Source: Octopus sinensis
Taxonomy: Eukaryota
NCBI RefSeq assembly: GCF_006345805.1
Contig: NC_043005.1
Coordinates: forward strand, 4,774,001 to 4,838,000
Length of the DNA stretch: 64,000 nt
Direction: 5' to 3'
Under the pieces are notes generated by a model that saw only the letters and a program-made list of their open reading frames with translations, was not told where the DNA came from and did not search any database. The translations under genes were made by a program, and so were the position numbers. How positions within the stretch are numbered: the stretch's first letter is position 1; each line of letters opens with the position of its first letter. Below, piece by piece: positions 29,334-42,064 of the stretch.

Positions 29334-31175
29334 CTGAGAGAAAACAAGAAAAAATTTTTAATTGTAATAACTAAAACTTTAATAAAATAACTACTTTAGC
29401 CACTACACTCACGGAGTGGTTGGCGTTAGGAAGGGCATCCAGCCGTAGAAACATTGCCAGATCAGACTGGGCCTGGTGCAGCCTTCTGGCTTCCCAGACC
29501 CCAGTTGAACCGTCCAACCCATGCTAGCATGGAAAACGGACATTAAATGATGATGATATGTTTAAAAGGAATAAAAGTAACATATAATAACAAAAAAACA
29601 AGCCTTAAAATTAAATTAATATACACATTTGAAACATGTCTTCATTAAATTACTTTAGTATATAACATTTTAATGTTTGTATAACGTTGCGTATGCAAAT
29701 ATGGAACGGCTCTGGCTGTTGCATTTTGTTTCAAGTTTCTTTGACAAATTTTCTGAGACAAAATATCACAGTTACTGCTGTTGCATGTTTGTATATACAT
29801 TATGTTATACACACAGTTTTATTTCTGTATACACATTGTTACACACATTATTCCATGCTTGAATGTGTGTTCTTATATATACTGTTTCATGTCTGAATAT
29901 ACATTATGTTATACACACTGGTATTTTAACCTAATAATTCTGTCCCTTGGCTCTAACATGGTGTGTTACCACTGAGTTGTTATTGACCTCATAATTTTGT
30001 GTTTTCACCCATTAAATGTGACTGAGTGAGAGAGGTAGTCTATCATAGATCTTAACACACCAGAAATGACAGGGTCCCATCTGAACTAGGGCCATATTTT
30101 TTCCCCATTACTAGACCTTGAGGGTACACTCTGGCAATGCTACCATTATCTCTTTCTGGCTCCACTTCAACTGACACCCACCCTCATATAAAATTCAGGG
30201 TAGCCATACATTGTCTCAACTACAACAAACCTGTTCCTGTCCCTTCTACTATACTTTAACCCTTTAGCATTTAAACCAGCTAAAATATTCTGCTTGTTTT
30301 ATGCTCAAACTGGCCATATTCAGCCTCTCTCACCTACCCTACAATGCCATCCTAAAAATATACAACGACAGCATTGAAATCTCAAAGCCACAAGATAATG
30401 CAGGATCAATTCAAATCAATGTGAAGTCCCTGCCTCTGACTTTTGCAGGGCTCCAAGACTGTCGTGCATTGGAAAATAGGTTGCAACTGTTAGATTGTTG
30501 CAGGAGGAAACAGTGCCACAAGATATTGAGGCATCCTCAGAATATCTACAAGAGAGTGGGTTCTGCTAGAGGCACCCATGGGTCACTTACTAAAGGGAGA
30601 GGCCTGATGTCCAAGAACAGGTATGCTCCATCTGAGCGACATCAACATAGCTTCTGTCTTCCCAGTTTCACTTCCAAAGGTTGAATCAATCCAAAGTTAT
30701 AGCAGAAGATCTACTGACACTTTATGCAGAGAAACTGAACTCAGAACAACAAGACTACAAAATGAAATTCTTAACCAGGCAGCCTAGTGCTGTGTCCATT
30801 TTGTATTTTATAAAAAGTGAAAGTTATTTAACCCCTTTTGACACCAACCCACCTGAGACCACCACCCTTAACCCTTTGATACAAACTCCCTGTTTTGAAG
30901 TGATCTAAATTTAAACCTTCCCTCAAAATTTCATCTTAATGTTCCAAGCACTAGTTTAATAATGACATATTTTAGTTTATTAAACTCATTATTTCCAAAA
31001 TTAATTGAGGCAGTGTATTTCAGAAGAAATATGACAATGAAATGGTTAACAAAATATTTCAAAATCTCCAAGACTTATATTTTTGGAAACTGAGTATTTT
31101 ATCTTTACAACATTTTGGCATTTAAATGTAATTCAAGTTGACCAAAGTTAGCAGCAAAAAAAATCATAAAATTAC

Positions 31176-31230
31176 CTGATTTTATTTTTGAAGTTTCTCT
31201 CGTTGCATCTTGAGAAGCTTGTCGAGTCGA
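31176..31230 (-). CDS. KIF2A: Kinesin-13 linker exon: STRQASQDATRETSKIKS(G)
   Basis: gtttag acceptor, gtaatt donor, 55 nt; provides the needed phase 0 to 1 bridge. Confidence 0.8.
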
Positions 31231-33089
31231 CTAAACCAAAGATAGAAATAACAACAAGTTATAAAGAAAACATCAAAACATTAACAACAACATCAAGGAG
31301 AAAGCTTAGAGACAAACACTGAGAACATTATATACAAAATTATTTTTTCTGTTATTAATTGGCAACAGTTCCAAAGTGACTCAAGGGCCAAAAGTTTCAT
31401 GCAATGATTGGTACTGATCAGCTTGATAACGAATACCAATCAATAACGAGAAATATATATACACACACTCATGTTTTGAGTTCTATTTTCCTGTTTGTAT
31501 CACCAAACCTGTATATACACTCACACACACATACATAAATAAATAAATACAGTAATGTGTACACACACACACATACTGCAAAGGGTGTCACATTCTTTTA
31601 CCCCCTTTTTTGGTAATCATAACGTTGCCCCTGTCTGATTTGATTTTCCATCTATTTTTCCCAATAAACATCTTCATAAACTAAAATATTTTTATATTTT
31701 ACTGAGACCAACCAAGTTCAAATTGTCCTTACTTATTTCTTTGGTACCATGTATAAATACCATCTGTAGAAAAACAATGAGTAGAACAACCAACGGTTAT
31801 TCCTTAAGATAATTAAACAAGACATTCTCTTTTTCTGCCCATCTCTTCTCAAACAGAACATAAAAAAAGTGTAAAAAGAGCAGCACACATCAAACTTGTC
31901 AAATGAATTGATGCGTTTTCTTTTTTTTTATTGCCAACAAAGTAATTGGATGACAGTATTTTTCATGAAATAACATCTGTTGTAAATTAAATAAATTAGG
32001 AGTAATTTGTATGAATTAAATGAAACAGAATCCAAGCAAACTGTTGGTGACCGTCTGCACTGAACAAGACTTTTATTATTTGGAAAAACTAACAGAAAGA
32101 ATACTGTGAAATCAGTAGGAGGAGAGGAATATCCATTTTGGACAGACACCTTCTTCAGAGTAAAGTTGAGGAAAGCTTAAGAGACGAACTATAAGTAAAA
32201 ATCCTATTTGATGGCATAAAGATGAATAAACGTATTAGACACAGCCTAATTTCAGCAGTGCACGTTGGGAAAAACGTTTTTAATCCAGTAGAACTTGTAA
32301 TATGGACTCAACTTGGAATAGAGGACAAAGGGCGATTTTTGGAGACATTTAAATGTGCATCTAACAAGACATCAAATACAGTCCTTTATGCCTAAAACAT
32401 GTGTAAATGAGATTGTGTATGATCTGACATGGGTTTCCTGACACCAACAGCAGTAATACTTGAACAAGGCTGGACAAGACCAGAAGTGTGGAGACAGAAT
32501 CAGAAAAGAATTACTGGCTTTTGACAAGACTCAGAGCCAGGGAAAAAGATGTATTGACTACAACTTGTAATATGACTCATTCAACTTGCCAATTTCACAG
32601 ATTGAAACAGCAACAAGCAGTCGGATGATTTACAATGACAATGATGAAATAAATGTTCAGTGTGCTGAATACTTTTGAATTAATGTAAGAAATATATTAG
32701 TTTAATTACAAACAAGAGTCTGAAAACCTGGACTCTGACACAATTTAAGATGCCAGACTTTGGCACATAAACTGACATGCCAGAAGAGTCAAATGGTTTT
32801 GTGTATCATTTCCCATGGCCTAGTTTTGAACAAACAGTTCTTGATTTTGTTGTGGCCAAATCTAACTGGCTTGGATTCGAAAAGGTTAGGAAACCAAAGT
32901 TTTAGTTTAGTCAAAGAATTTCAATCAAAACAATATATCTATATAAAAAGAGGTTCTTCCAAACATTCTTGATATGATAACAAGACTTTGTAAGGTGGGG
33001 CTAAGTAGAAACCATAAAAACATAACCTAACTATTTGAATTTTCAGTCTTATGTTTAAAGCTGAGAGTAACGAAGGACTGAAAAAGGTA

Positions 33090-33365
33090 ACATTATTTAC
33101 ATTTGTCCTCATCTTTGTTGTTATCACGTTTCGGCTGATCTACTCTCCAGCCTTCATCAGGTGTCTTGGGGAAATTTTGAATCTGAGTTCTCAATCCTAA
33201 GGTATTTTTTGATGCTATAATTATTATTCAGGTCACTGAAGGATAGGAAAATATTAGACTTATAAGCCTTAAAATTCACTCCATAATTGCCCATGGGCAT
33301 ATGGTGTAGTATTTAAAAGTGCAGGCTACTAACCCCAAGAATCTGAGTTCGATTCCAGGCAGTGA

Positions 33366-33412
<47 letters not shown>

Positions 33413-33585
33413 GCATCAAAAAATACCTTAGGAATGAGAACCCAGGTTCGAAATTTCCCCAAGACACAGAGGGTATATCAGCTGAAACGTTGTGCTAACA
33501 ACAAACAAAATGAAGACAAATATCTGTCAAATGTAAATAATGTAAATAAAGTACATAATTCCTCATCTCTTAAATATAGAACTGT
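33090..33585 (+). mobile_element. Second locus of the tRNA-headed hammerhead element with inverted partial copy
   Basis: Plus-strand head about 33296-33370, (AAT)n, body to atagaactgt near 33585; minus-strand partial copy 33238-33090. Confidence 0.8.
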
Positions 33586-35051
33586 GTTGAAAAATTCAAG
33601 TTTCATGGTCATCAAGTGGAATTAATACACAAGAAAAAGACAAGAGGATCACTTGTGAATGGATTTCACTATATCATAATAATAATTCTTTCTACTAAAG
33701 GGACAAGGCATTGAAATGGGTGGGGTGGGGGAGTCAACCACATCACTCCCAGTACTTGAGTGGTACATGGTACTTGTTTTTTCCGACTCTGAAAGGATGA
33801 GAAGTAACGGTGAACTTGGAACCTAAAACGCCACTAGAAATGCAACAGTGCATTTTGTCAGGGAGGGCAGGGGTGGAGGTAATGTTTCTACCAGCTCTAC
33901 CACCTTAATGATCAGGGCTGTAGAGTCGAAACAAAAACTCAGATTCCTCTACTATTGGAACCTCCGACTCCTCTTTATGTAGTGATTGTGGTCTACCTAT
34001 CTCATAAAGTATATGCATACGCTTGTACTCTGAGTAGGCCTGTAGGTTATAACTGTAGGTCAATACCATCACCCCCAGTACACAACTGGTACTGATTTCA
34101 TCAACCTTCAAAGAATAAAAGGCAAAGTCAACCTCAGCAGCATTCAAACTTTGGACATAAAAAGTTCCGAGAAATGCTGCTAAGTATTTTGCCCGATGTG
34201 CTAATAATGGTTCTACCACAAATTGGTTAAAAGCTACAGATTTAGTAGCTATCCTACTAAATGGAAATAATACTATACATGAATTAAGAGTTGATCAACT
34301 GCTCAAATGATGTTAATGTTCAGTTAGTTTAATCCGTGATACTAAAGATAACTTGAACAACAGATTAAAGGATTTGTGATCAGCTTAACAACCCAAACAC
34401 TGCCTTGACATTGGTTCATGTAAAAGAAATGTTTAAACTATAAACTTCATGATTGCTTGAGTGTGCAGATTATAATATGGCCAGATGCCCTTCCTGTCGC
34501 TAACCCTCATCTGTTTCAAAGCAAGATAATACCCCCCCCCACAACCAGACAGGTTTTTCACAGAATGCTGAAAATGGATGGCACTGCTTGTATAACAGTG
34601 ACACTCATTTACAACAACCACGTGATGGCAACTCAAAGACACACACAAATATGCATACATAGAATGGGCTTCTTTCAATTTCCACCAATCAAATTCACTA
34701 ACAAAGTTTTAGTCAGCCCAAAGCTCTAAAGACACCTGCCCAAGGCACTGCACAATGAGAATGAACCTGAAACCATTCGGTTGGGAACCAAATCGCACAG
34801 CCACACTGGCACCTTTATCAAACTATCACTGTTAACAGGAATCAGTCACTCTAACTGTTGATTTGAAATGTCCCAGTTTTTGAAACGCATGAAGAATAAA
34901 ATCTGTTTGGTTTATGGCCAATAAAATTAAGATTTCAATACACAATTAACAAGTATGAATAATTAAAAACACAGACGAAGAAAATATTAGTTAACGAAAA
35001 AGCAAGACATAACGAAATACAGAAAGGAAGCATACGTATGTTATTCATAAA

Positions 35052-35082
<31 letters not shown>

Positions 35083-35340
35083 AATAAACACTGGATACCA
35101 TTGGCAAAGCTTAAAATATTTTTGAAGAGATGTGTATATTTACACACACACACACATAACAAATTTTACATTAAACTGTAAGATTATTCTATCTGCTTTA
35201 GAGTACATATTAACTTTTACAAGGAAATGGAAAAAAAAGTTGACAGTGACTTCGAAGTTCTAGCTTGCTCACCTTCATCAGACAATCTAACAAAAGTGAG
35301 CAAACTGAAGCTTTGAAGTCACTGTCAATCTTTACCTCAT

Positions 35341-35532
35341 GTGTGTGTGTGTGTGTGTGGTGTGTGTGTGTGTGTGTATGTATATATATATATGTGTGTG
35401 TGTATGTGTATGTATGTATATATGTGTGTGTGTATGTGTATGTATGTATATATGCGTGTGTGTATGTATGTATATATGCGTGTGTGTGTGTGTGTGTATG
35501 TGTAAATATATATATATATACACACACACACA
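35341..35532. repeat. Compound (TG)n/(TA)n microsatellite with higher-order repeats
   Basis: Directly visible; source of the HT/YI/CV ORFs. Confidence 0.95.
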
Positions 35533-37176
35533 TACAATTCATAAAGCTTAAAGTATTTTTGAAGGGGAAGTGTATTATTTACATAAAACATGCCAATAAT
35601 GAATAATAAATTGATATAAAATTAATAATAGCAGTTGCATCTCACCCGCTGCACAAATGGAAAGCACCAGCTGACACTTAGGATGTGTTTAGGGGAATCC
35701 AACCCGTTGCAAGTATGCAAGCTTGATTTTTGATTTGGGGATAGCATTCTCCCTCCCTCCACAAGCTTGGAGACCCTGCCTCACATTGCTCATTATATGT
35801 ATATGGGGGAGCTTGTACAGTGTGCTGTGGCCTGTCCTGCAACCTCTCAAGCTGAAAGATTGCACAACAGTGCCATGGCATGGTAAACAGGCTCATCCAA
35901 CAATTACAGTATCAGAACATGAAACTTAAAGTAGCTCACATATAAATCCTGTGTTTATTAAATGACATCTCTTGCCGGATGGAGTGCCTTTCTGTTGATT
36001 CCACCAATAATGATGTTAATGTTCAGTTAGTTTAATCCAAGATACTGAATAGTTAATACTTTCTCTCTCTCTCTGGTCAAGTAACCATGTACCTCCTCTT
36101 ATAGCAAGACACCTTTTTCTACCTATCTGTCTCACTCTAACCTTTCATCATCTGACACAAGATCACCTCCTCCAATACCCCCCTCCCCTCTCAAAGGTTC
36201 TTTTGTCATGATGGTGCCATGTAAAAAGCATCCAGTCCACACTGTGAAGTGGTTGGCATTTGGAAGGGCATCCAGCTGCAAAAACCATGCCAAAATTGAC
36301 CTCATTTGTGCTGGTGTCACGTAAGAAGCACTCTGTCCACTTTAGAGGGTGGTTGGTGTTAGGAAAGGGCATGCCAAAACAAATGCAGTAGCCTGGTGTT
36401 GCCCTCTACCTGGCCAGCTCCTGTTAAACCATCCAACCCATGCCAGCATGGAATGCAGGCAGCAAATTTACAAGGCGAGCGTAAGTCGATTGCATCAACA
36501 TCCAGTACTTGCCTGGCACTTTGTTTTAACCCCCAAAACGATGAAAGTTGATTTCAGCAGGATTTTCAACTCAGAACATAAAGAGCTGCAAGAAATAGCA
36601 GCAAACATTCCGTCTGCTAACGATTTCCCCAATTTGCCTTATTTAAAATTATTTTTGATTAAGAAACAATTTTGAGAAGGGGGTTAGTTTATATGATAAT
36701 GGTTTTAAATTCTAGCACATGGGGTAGAGGGGAAACTGACTACCTTGGCCCCATGCTTGACTGGTACTTATTTTTCTTTACCCCAAAAGTATAAAGGGCA
36801 GGGTCAACCCCAGTGAAATTTGAACTTGGAACGTAAAGAGCTGGAAGAAATGCCACTGAGGTTATATTGTCCAGTGTGCTGATGGATTTTACCAACATTG
36901 GTTATCAGGCAGAGGGGGGAAGACAAACACTAATACATACACAACAGGGTTTCACACAGTCTCCATCAACCACATCCACTCATAAGGCATTGATCGACCC
37001 AGGGATATAATAGACGATACTTGCCCAAGGTGCATGCAGTGGGACTGAACCCAAAACAATGTGGTTACAAAGCAAGCGTCTTAACTGCACAGCCATGCCC
37101 GGATATTCTGCAGACAGTTGTGTGTCCGTTCATTTAGTTGTGGAAAAGTACATTCCATCCAAGCTGAGAATATCAC

Positions 37177-37379
37177 TCGAGGAAAACTCTTGTCCTCCTC
37201 TCCAGTCGAGGAAAACTCTTGTCCTCCTCTCCAGTCGAGGAAAACTCTTGTCCTCCTCTCCACTCGAGGAAAACTCTTGTCCTCCTCTCCAGTCGAGGAA
37301 AACTCTTGTCCTCCTCTCCAGTCGAGGAAAACTCTTGTCCTCCTCTCCAGTCGAGGAAAACTCTTGTCCTCCTCTCCAG
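37177..37379 (+). repeat. Minisatellite, 7 x 29 bp (tcgaggaaaactcttgtcctcctctccag)
   Basis: Units start at 37177, 37206, 37235, 37264, 37293, 37322 and 37351; almost identical. Confidence 0.97.
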
Positions 37380-37486
37380 TCTATTACACTGGGAGTGGGT
37401 GGTGGGTGGGTGGTGAATAAATCAAGATTACAAAACATTAAATTATGCACTGGTTTTATGAGTCCTTATGATTCATACACACACCT

Positions 37487-37517
<31 letters not shown>

Positions 37518-38348
37518 CGACTGTATAATACAACAAACAATAACAGGTACCACAAATAATGAGCTATAACCAGCCTGCATTCATGGCATGTTATTTTTGC
37601 TAATTTCACTTCAGGGTGGTGGGAAAACGAGTAACGTCAAGCATTGAAATACTTTTTGAATAGAAAAAGGTATTCATCATATGAAATGAATTTTGAAAAA
37701 TATCACCAGGTTTCTAAATATATTTTTAATCCTTTTGATACCAACTTGTCTGAGACAGTCTCTGATTCTATCATACAAACTTACTTCATAAAAATTCTAT
37801 GTTAATTTATGTTCCAAACACCAGCTTAATAATGACAAAATTCTTCATTATTTTCAAAATTAAATGAAACAAAAGCTATGTTTTCCAGAATAAAAGAAAT
37901 GAATTGTTTCTATTTTAACGATGACAGTCATTGTTTTGTCATCTCTTGTAGAAGAATGGCTGAGAAGTTAAGCAGCAGAAAGTTTAACACTTTAGTCTAT
38001 AAAAAGGCCACATCCAGCCGAAACCTTGCACCAATTTTATGCTCAAACCAGCCAGATCAGGCTTACGTCATTCTAAAAATAAACAATCACATCATCAAAA
38101 TCACAAATGACAATGGATGATTAATTCAAAACAATGTGGAAAAAAAAAACACATCTGACTAATCTGAATACTAAAGAGTTAAACTCAGTTATAATGCTCC
38201 TACCATCACGTGATACACCTGAAGAAGGTCTTATCTCACCTTAATCAGTCTCACCAATTCCACTTCTACTTTAGCCATTTTGATACCATCTGGCCTCAGT
38301 CTACCCCTGGTTGTTAAATACAAACTTGTTTTAAAATTATCTAAATTA

Positions 38349-38519
38349 GGCGCAGGAGTGGCTGTGTGGTAAGTAGCTTGCTAACCAACCACATGGTTCC
38401 GGGTTCAGTCCCACTGCGTGGCATCTTGGGCAAGTGTCTTCTGCTATAGCCACGGGCCGACCAATGCCTTGTGAGTGGATTTGGTAGACGGAAACTGAAA
38501 GAAGCCTCTCGTATATATG

Positions 38520-38606
<87 letters not shown>

Positions 38607-38808
38607 TGTGTCTGTGTTTGTCCCCCTAGCATTGCTTGACAACCGATGCTGGTGTGTTTATGTCCCCATCACTAAGCGGTTCGGCAAAAGGGACCGATAG
38701 AATAAGTACTGGGCTTACAAAGAATAAGTCCCGGGGTCGATTTGCTCGACTAAAGGCGGTGCTCCAGCATGGCCACAATCAAATGACTGAAACAAGTAAA
38801 AGAGTAAA
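38349..38808 (+). mobile_element. tRNA-derived SINE family A (near full length) with internal (TA)n(TG)n
   Basis: A box tggctgtgtgg, B box ggttcagtcc, CORE-like cttgggcaagtgtc, end ..gaaacaagtaaaagagtaaa. Other copies at about 190-565(-), 16734-17132(-), 27120-27478(+), 43250-43580(-), 55635-56018(-), 62530-62895(-). Confidence 0.9.
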
Positions 38809-40302
38809 TTAAAAGCTTCCTTCAAAATTTCCTGCTGATTTATGATCCAAACACCAGCCTAGAAATGATAAAACTAGTGAAATTAAATTCCTCATTATTG
38901 TTAATGTTAATTGAAACAAAGGTAGTGGATTTCAGCAGAAATATGGCAACTGAAAATGTTAAAAGAACATACAATTTTTTTTTTTCCATTTTGTCTGTCT
39001 ACAACAATGTTTCTTAAGATTTTTTTATTAATGACCCCCTCCCCCTTTCAATCTACTAAATGCTCCTAGCCATTTATGTTTTAAAAAATCTTATATTTTT
39101 ATAATTAAATATTATTAGAAATTGTATTTAAAAAATTGTTAAAATATTTTAAACAATAAAATCTTACACAGACCCCCACCCCAAGGGTCATATGGACTAC
39201 AGTTGAGAACTACTGGCCCTAAAACATTATATATCATTGCTATCATTCTGTCTTTGTGATTTTGGTACCTCATGAAACAAATTTCAAGTGAATTTAATAG
39301 ATTTTTCTTAAATGTTTGCATTTCTATGCTTGCAGGGGTCAGATGGAAATTGTTGAGGCAGTTTTTCTATGGCTAGATACCCTACCCTGTTGACAACATT
39401 TACCCGTTTCCAAGTAAGGTAATACTTCTCCCCATGGCAGGCAAGCTTTCACACAACACTGGAAATGACTAACTCTGCTTGTATGACCGTGACACACATT
39501 GACAACCCATCATGTGGTGTCAAGACAAGGAGATACTAACACACACAAGTTAATTTCAGTTTCCTTCTACCACATCCACTCAAAAGTTTTGGTCAGCCCA
39601 GGGTTGTAGTAAAAGGATTCATTCAACACAACGGAACTGAAACCAAAACTACAATGGTTGGCTTCTTAACTACACAGCCATCATCATTGTTTAACATCCA
39701 CTTTCCATGCTAGCATGGGTTGGACCATTTTGACTGAGGGCTGGCAAACCAGATGGCTGCACCAGGCTCCAATCTTGATCTGGCAGAGTTTCTACTGCTG
39801 GATGCCCTTCCTAACGCCAACCACTCCGAGAGTGTAGTGGGTGCCACCAGCATGGGGCCAGTCAGGCAGTACTGACAATGACCTCACTCGAATCTTTTAC
39901 ACATGCCACCGGAATAGGTGCCAGTAAGGCGACGCTGGTAACGATCATGCTCGAATGGTGCCCTTAGGTGCCACCGGCTCAGATTGTGCTCTTGGCACCC
40001 TACTAGCACAGCCATACATATATATATATACACACACACACATTTCATATGTACATCATTGTTTTATTTTTAAAGTTCTATTTTCATTGTTTGATTTGAC
40101 TATATATATATATAGATAGATAGATAACACACACACACACACACACACAACCAGAGAGAGAGAGAGAGGGAGATGTTAATGTTTCTTTTTTTAATGTTCA
40201 GTTGTAATAAAAACAATTTTACATGTCACAGTCAATAATGTTCTTGTTTAAGAATGAATAAATATATACACATGCACACATACATATATGTATGTATGTG
40301 CA

Positions 40303-40350
<48 letters not shown>

Positions 40351-40354
<4 letters not shown>

Positions 40355-41575
40355 GTCATCCCATGAATAATGCAGTTTTTTCAATTGCATGAACCAAAAG
40401 TTGGAAGGGGACAGGATAAACTACCTGCATCAACTTGCTATAAAAGCAGGTAGTAATTTTACCTCGTACTTATTCTTAGTGCAAGTTTTGAAGAGTGCAG
40501 TTCAATTTTAGTAGTTGTTTTTTCAAAGCTATAATGGAAGGGACAAAGGGGCATATTTGGCATATTTTGTTTTATTAGTTCAATAAAGGCAACAACGCAA
40601 TGGAAAGTACGAGGAATATTAATTCAGTATATGGGGATCGGACAATAAGCGTAAGCCAGTGTCAATGGTAGTTCCAGAAATTCTGAGCCGGAAACTTCAG
40701 CCTAGAAGACAAGCCTCATCCTGGAAGACCTGTAGAGCTCAACAAGGACGTCCTGCAAAACCCTGGCGGAACAAAACCCCATCGTAGCTGTTGAGGAACT
40801 AGCAGAGAAGTTTGGATTTGGTCATTCAACCATTCATCAACCTGTGCATGCCATTGGAAAATTCAGCGCAACTGGGCCAATGGGTTCCTCACAAACTTTC
40901 CAAGTCTAATCGTGCATAGAGAGTGAATGTGTGCTCTTCTTTGCTGTCACATCTCACGAATGAACCTTTTTTTGGACCAAATAGTGACTGGTGATGAGAA
41001 ATGGGTTCTCTCTCTAAAAATGTCAAGCGCCAAAGACAGTGGGTAGGGAAAGGAGAAACACCGGCACCCCAGGCTAAAGAAGGTCTTCATCCACAAATAG
41101 GTGATATTATCTGTTTGGTTGGATGTGAGAGGGTTAGTCCACTTTGAACTTTTAAACCAAAACCAAACGATAATAAAGATCTACTGTGAGCAGCTTAAGC
41201 CAGAGCTAAAAGAAAAATGACATTTTTGGTTTCAAGACAGGTGTTCTTTCATCAGGATAATGCTTGGCCACATATAGCGTGGATGACATTCCAAAGTCTG
41301 GGGCAGTTTGAATGGGAAATGATGCTCCACCCACCATATTCGCCGGACATTGCCCCATCATTTACTCCCCAGTCCTCAAAATGATTTGGGCAGAAAAAAT
41401 ATGAAATCTAGTCAGAACAGTACTAGAAGAGTAATTTTCATCATGGACAGGTGAATTTTGGAAGAGCATTGTAGAAAATGGAGGAGATTATATTTTAGAT
41501 TAAAAAAGTATTTTGTTCATCTTAATTTTGAAAAATAAAAGTATAAAAAACCACATTATTTATGCGATGACCCAA
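40351..41575 (+). mobile_element. Near full-length decayed mariner transposon with terminal inverted repeats
   Basis: TIRs ttgggtcatcccatgaataatg.. and ..cattatttatgcgatgacccaa, TA on both sides; peptides VYGDRTISVSQCQ, SLEDKPHPGRP, IVTGDEKWV, FHQDNAWPH, HPPYSPDIAPS. Confidence 0.93.
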
Positions 41576-41917
41576 TATAAAAGACCCATCTAGCAATCAC
41601 CATATTTTCATTTCCAATCTTTTCAAATTAAACCCCAACCTCACCAGTAAGGAATAACCAATGCCCAAGATTATATACAAGAGGAACAAGAAGGAAAAAG
41701 AAAATAGGCAATGCATTCTTTGAACTGCTCAAAATATAATTTTAAAAAATACAATAAAAATTTGCTGCAACCAACAAAAATAAGCAGATAACAAAAAGTC
41801 GTGAATCTTGGCCATTTTTTTGTATAGCTGTGAGAAAAATGGAACTGAAAAATAGATGCTCAAAATGCAATAAACATGCAAAACTTTAACTACATAGGCT
41901 ATTGTATTGAGTGTTAC

Positions 41918-42064
41918 CCTTTTCTGAGTATTGTTCCTTGCAGACTTGTTGGAGCTTCTAGAAACATCTGACCTTTTTTCAGAGCTGTCGTCTTCTATAC
42001 TAACAGCATCATTCTCTGTTAGGTTATCCTCGTCGCCATCACCGTTTTCATCTCCACACGAATC
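41918..42064 (-). CDS. KIF2A: Probable (possibly cassette) acidic/Ser-rich exon: DSCGDENGDGDEDNLTENDAVSIEDDSSEKRSDVSRSSNKSARNNTQKR
   Basis: 147 nt, stop-free, phase 0 to 0, gtaaca donor, weaker AAG acceptor; coding-like island in AT-rich intron; no homology support. Confidence 0.6.

Noticed and set aside
30301-30684. 127-aa ORF
   Set aside because: It begins inside a MITE and runs into unrelated sequence; no recognisable domain.
32085-32155. Possible extra minus-strand exon (K)VSVQNGYSSPPTDFT
   Set aside because: Weak GAG/AAG acceptor and ACA|gtattc donor, no homology, not needed for frame.
33296-33370. Functional tRNA gene (also 56536-56603 and the SINE heads)
   Set aside because: A/B boxes are present but the acceptor stem is incomplete and the sequence runs into repeat bodies; these are tRNA-derived heads.
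35265-35606. Long ORFs of HT/YI/CV dipeptides (also 2410..2931, 21123..21576 and others)
   Set aside because: Artefacts of stop-free dinucleotide microsatellites.
37177-37379. CRISPR-like array (29-bp repeats)
   Set aside because: Units are contiguous with no spacers, the DNA is eukaryotic intron, and no cas genes are present.
38215-38245. Further hammerhead (acacCTGAAGAagg..)
   Set aside because: No GAAA or stem III follows the possible stem II.
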